A stretch of 64,000 bases of DNA from Thalia democratica (lineage: Eukaryota), in contig OZ241827.1 in assembly GCA_965202585.1 (NCBI GenBank), forward strand, positions 27,466,001-27,530,000, read 5' to 3'. Position 1 is the stretch's first letter. Every line of letters begins with the position of its first letter. This document shows positions 61,978-64,000 of the stretch, in pieces. Position numbers and translations under genes: made by a program. A model generated the notes under the pieces. That model was not told the DNA's origin. It was given only the letters and a program-made list of their open reading frames with translations, and searched no databases.

Positions 61978-64000
61978 GCTTCAATACACACAATTTATAT
62001 TTCCAAAATTTATTACAACAAACTCGATAGCTTTTACTTAAAAATTAATGAAAAACAACTTAAAACAGTTGAAAACGTACCTGTTTTACAAATTAAAAAC
62101 CTACACTGTTCTTACAAACATAAAAGAACTATTATGATAAAATATGCAATATTATAATGGTTGTTATTCATAATACTTTGTATATTTAAAAGAATTATTT
62201 GATTAAGAAATACTTTGTAAGCAGTTTTTATAAGTTTTGTATAAACAATTATAACTTAGGTAATCGTTTGGAATTTTCTATGTCAATCTAAATGAAAGTT
62301 CATGGATATATCGCGTCATACATGTTAATTACTATGTCATTTATAAACCTTTACATGCTAGATCAAAAAGTTTACAATGTAAAATATTTTTTACAAAATT
62401 TTGCTTTTGTATAAATTACATCATAAAATATAACTTTTAGAAATGTTTCTATCAATAATTTGAATTACTTGATTCTGTTTTAAAGCATTAAATACAACAA
62501 TGATGTTTCAAAAAATCACCACTCAAGTAAAATTGATGAGTTATTTTTTTGAAACTAATAAACTAATATTTAAAATATTCAATTGGTGATTACACTATCT
62601 AGAATTCTAGACTTTATACAAATGAAAATTTTTGTTGAAAACAAATTAAAGATAATTAAAAAATATAAAATATATAATAGATTTAGTTATTTTTTGGTTT
62701 GTTTACTTTCAGTTCGTTTACCTATATTAGAACATCCTATCTAGTAAAATTATAGTACTGGTGTCAATTAACTTCTTTTTTTTTTTGTTAGTTTGACGTG
62801 ATAAATATAAGTTGATAAAAAACATTTTATTTAAAATTCATTTTTGAACTTTTCAATTTATTGCACATCAAACGATTCCTTTAAAAGTCTAAATATACAC
62901 AAAGGCTGAGTTTACTCTTTATCACAGTAATTTTATTTGGATTGTACTGAAAGCTTTCCCATACTTTTTGTTTACAATAGTAACTGGTACTGAGTTTTAA
63001 ATGGTCTTTAATATTGTTTATTTGTATTTAATTAAATTTTTTCACTTATAATCTTTAATAATCTGTATATATTAATTCTGTAAAAGTAAGGATCTTTTTT
63101 ATAATGAAAAAAAATTAAGTAAATATTGCTGCTGTTTATTTGTTTTTTGCGAAACCAATTTTTTAAGTACACATTCAGTTTTTTTATTATTTGCTGTAAA
63201 TTTTATGTTAGTTTTTTTTTTTTAATCCATTATGATTTTTGTGAATGTTTTAGGTTTAAACTATTTTTCTATAGCTTCTTTTACTTATAATTATGATGGA
63301 ACGCTTTGGTATTATTTCGTAACAAATATTTTAACCCAGTTTAACTTCGAGCTGTATTCTTTGTTAATAAACTTACTATAGTAAACAACAACGCTCCATA
63401 TTTTAATTTGTTTTTACCCCTTAGCTATTTTGTATTACAGTTCAGTTTAACCTACTTTCTTTAAAAACAAAGTAATGTATTGTGATTTGAAACGTATTTG
63501 AACTTTTGTTGTTTAGAATTAATTTTAGAACACATCTATTATGATTATCGGTAACAAACGATTTATCAAAACTGTTTTTATCGTGTTAAAAACTTAATTA
63601 CACTAAACAATCTTGTTTAAAAATACCTTAAACTTCCAATTCATTGTTAAGACCAACTGCAAGTCTTAATTGTTTTGTATGTACGTTACTCTAACTTTTT
63701 AACAATAAGTTGTTTTTCAACTTCTTTATATTCTAAACTTTGCTTTTGAGCTTTATCTGTACAAACTATAACAACTAAACTTTATTTTAAACAAGCACAA
63801 GCATTCAGTTTTTATGAGAAACATTTGTAACCTTACAACGCTTTTTCAAAATACCACCAAGGCATTTTAATTGACAAAATAGCAATAATCAATAAAGTTC
63901 AAAACTTTTCATTCTTTTGTTTAAAGAAGAAAATAAATCATTAACTATGACAATTTTTATTTAAAATCTTTAATTTGTTCATTTTTTATTGTTCCAGTTG

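Noticed and set aside
61761-61991. ORF with RIRIRPEPDPD repeats
   Set aside because: Translation of hAT subterminal CCGG repeats; likewise ORF 57394-57771 is the MULE MITE.
1-64000. tRNA, rRNA, snRNA genes and the remaining 60-107-aa AT-rich ORFs
   Set aside because: No cloverleaf, 5S or U-snRNA signature seen by eye; the short ORFs have the F/L/I/K/N composition typical of random AT-rich DNA.

Overview
Very AT-rich animal genomic DNA, probably an invertebrate (a tunicate is a guess, not demonstrated). It contains one well-supported protein-coding gene: an 8-exon ADAMTS metalloprotease on the minus strand (CDS 15497 to 11318, 979 aa as assembled by hand, all introns GT-AG, all phases consistent). 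Its architecture is ADAMTS1/8/15-like: signal peptide, prodomain, M12B catalytic domain, disintegrin-like, TSP1, Cys-rich, spacer, basic linker, two TSP1. The ~48 kb upstream shows no recognisable host gene, only scattered GC/CpG-richer motif islands and mobile elements. These elements are: a 5'-truncated Penelope-like retroelement (GIY-YIG end) with an intact minimal type I hammerhead ribozyme, an inverted tail copy and mirror-symmetric flanks; a second pair of decayed hammerhead-like cores in inverted repeat; a foldback-type Mutator-like MITE with a perfect 9-bp TSD plus a larger relative; a 1.5-kb hAT element with an 8-bp TSD and a duplicated left end; a ~97-bp dispersed family with tRNA-like boxes; and a ~205-bp tandem triplication. 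All of this was read by eye; no searches or folding programs were run.
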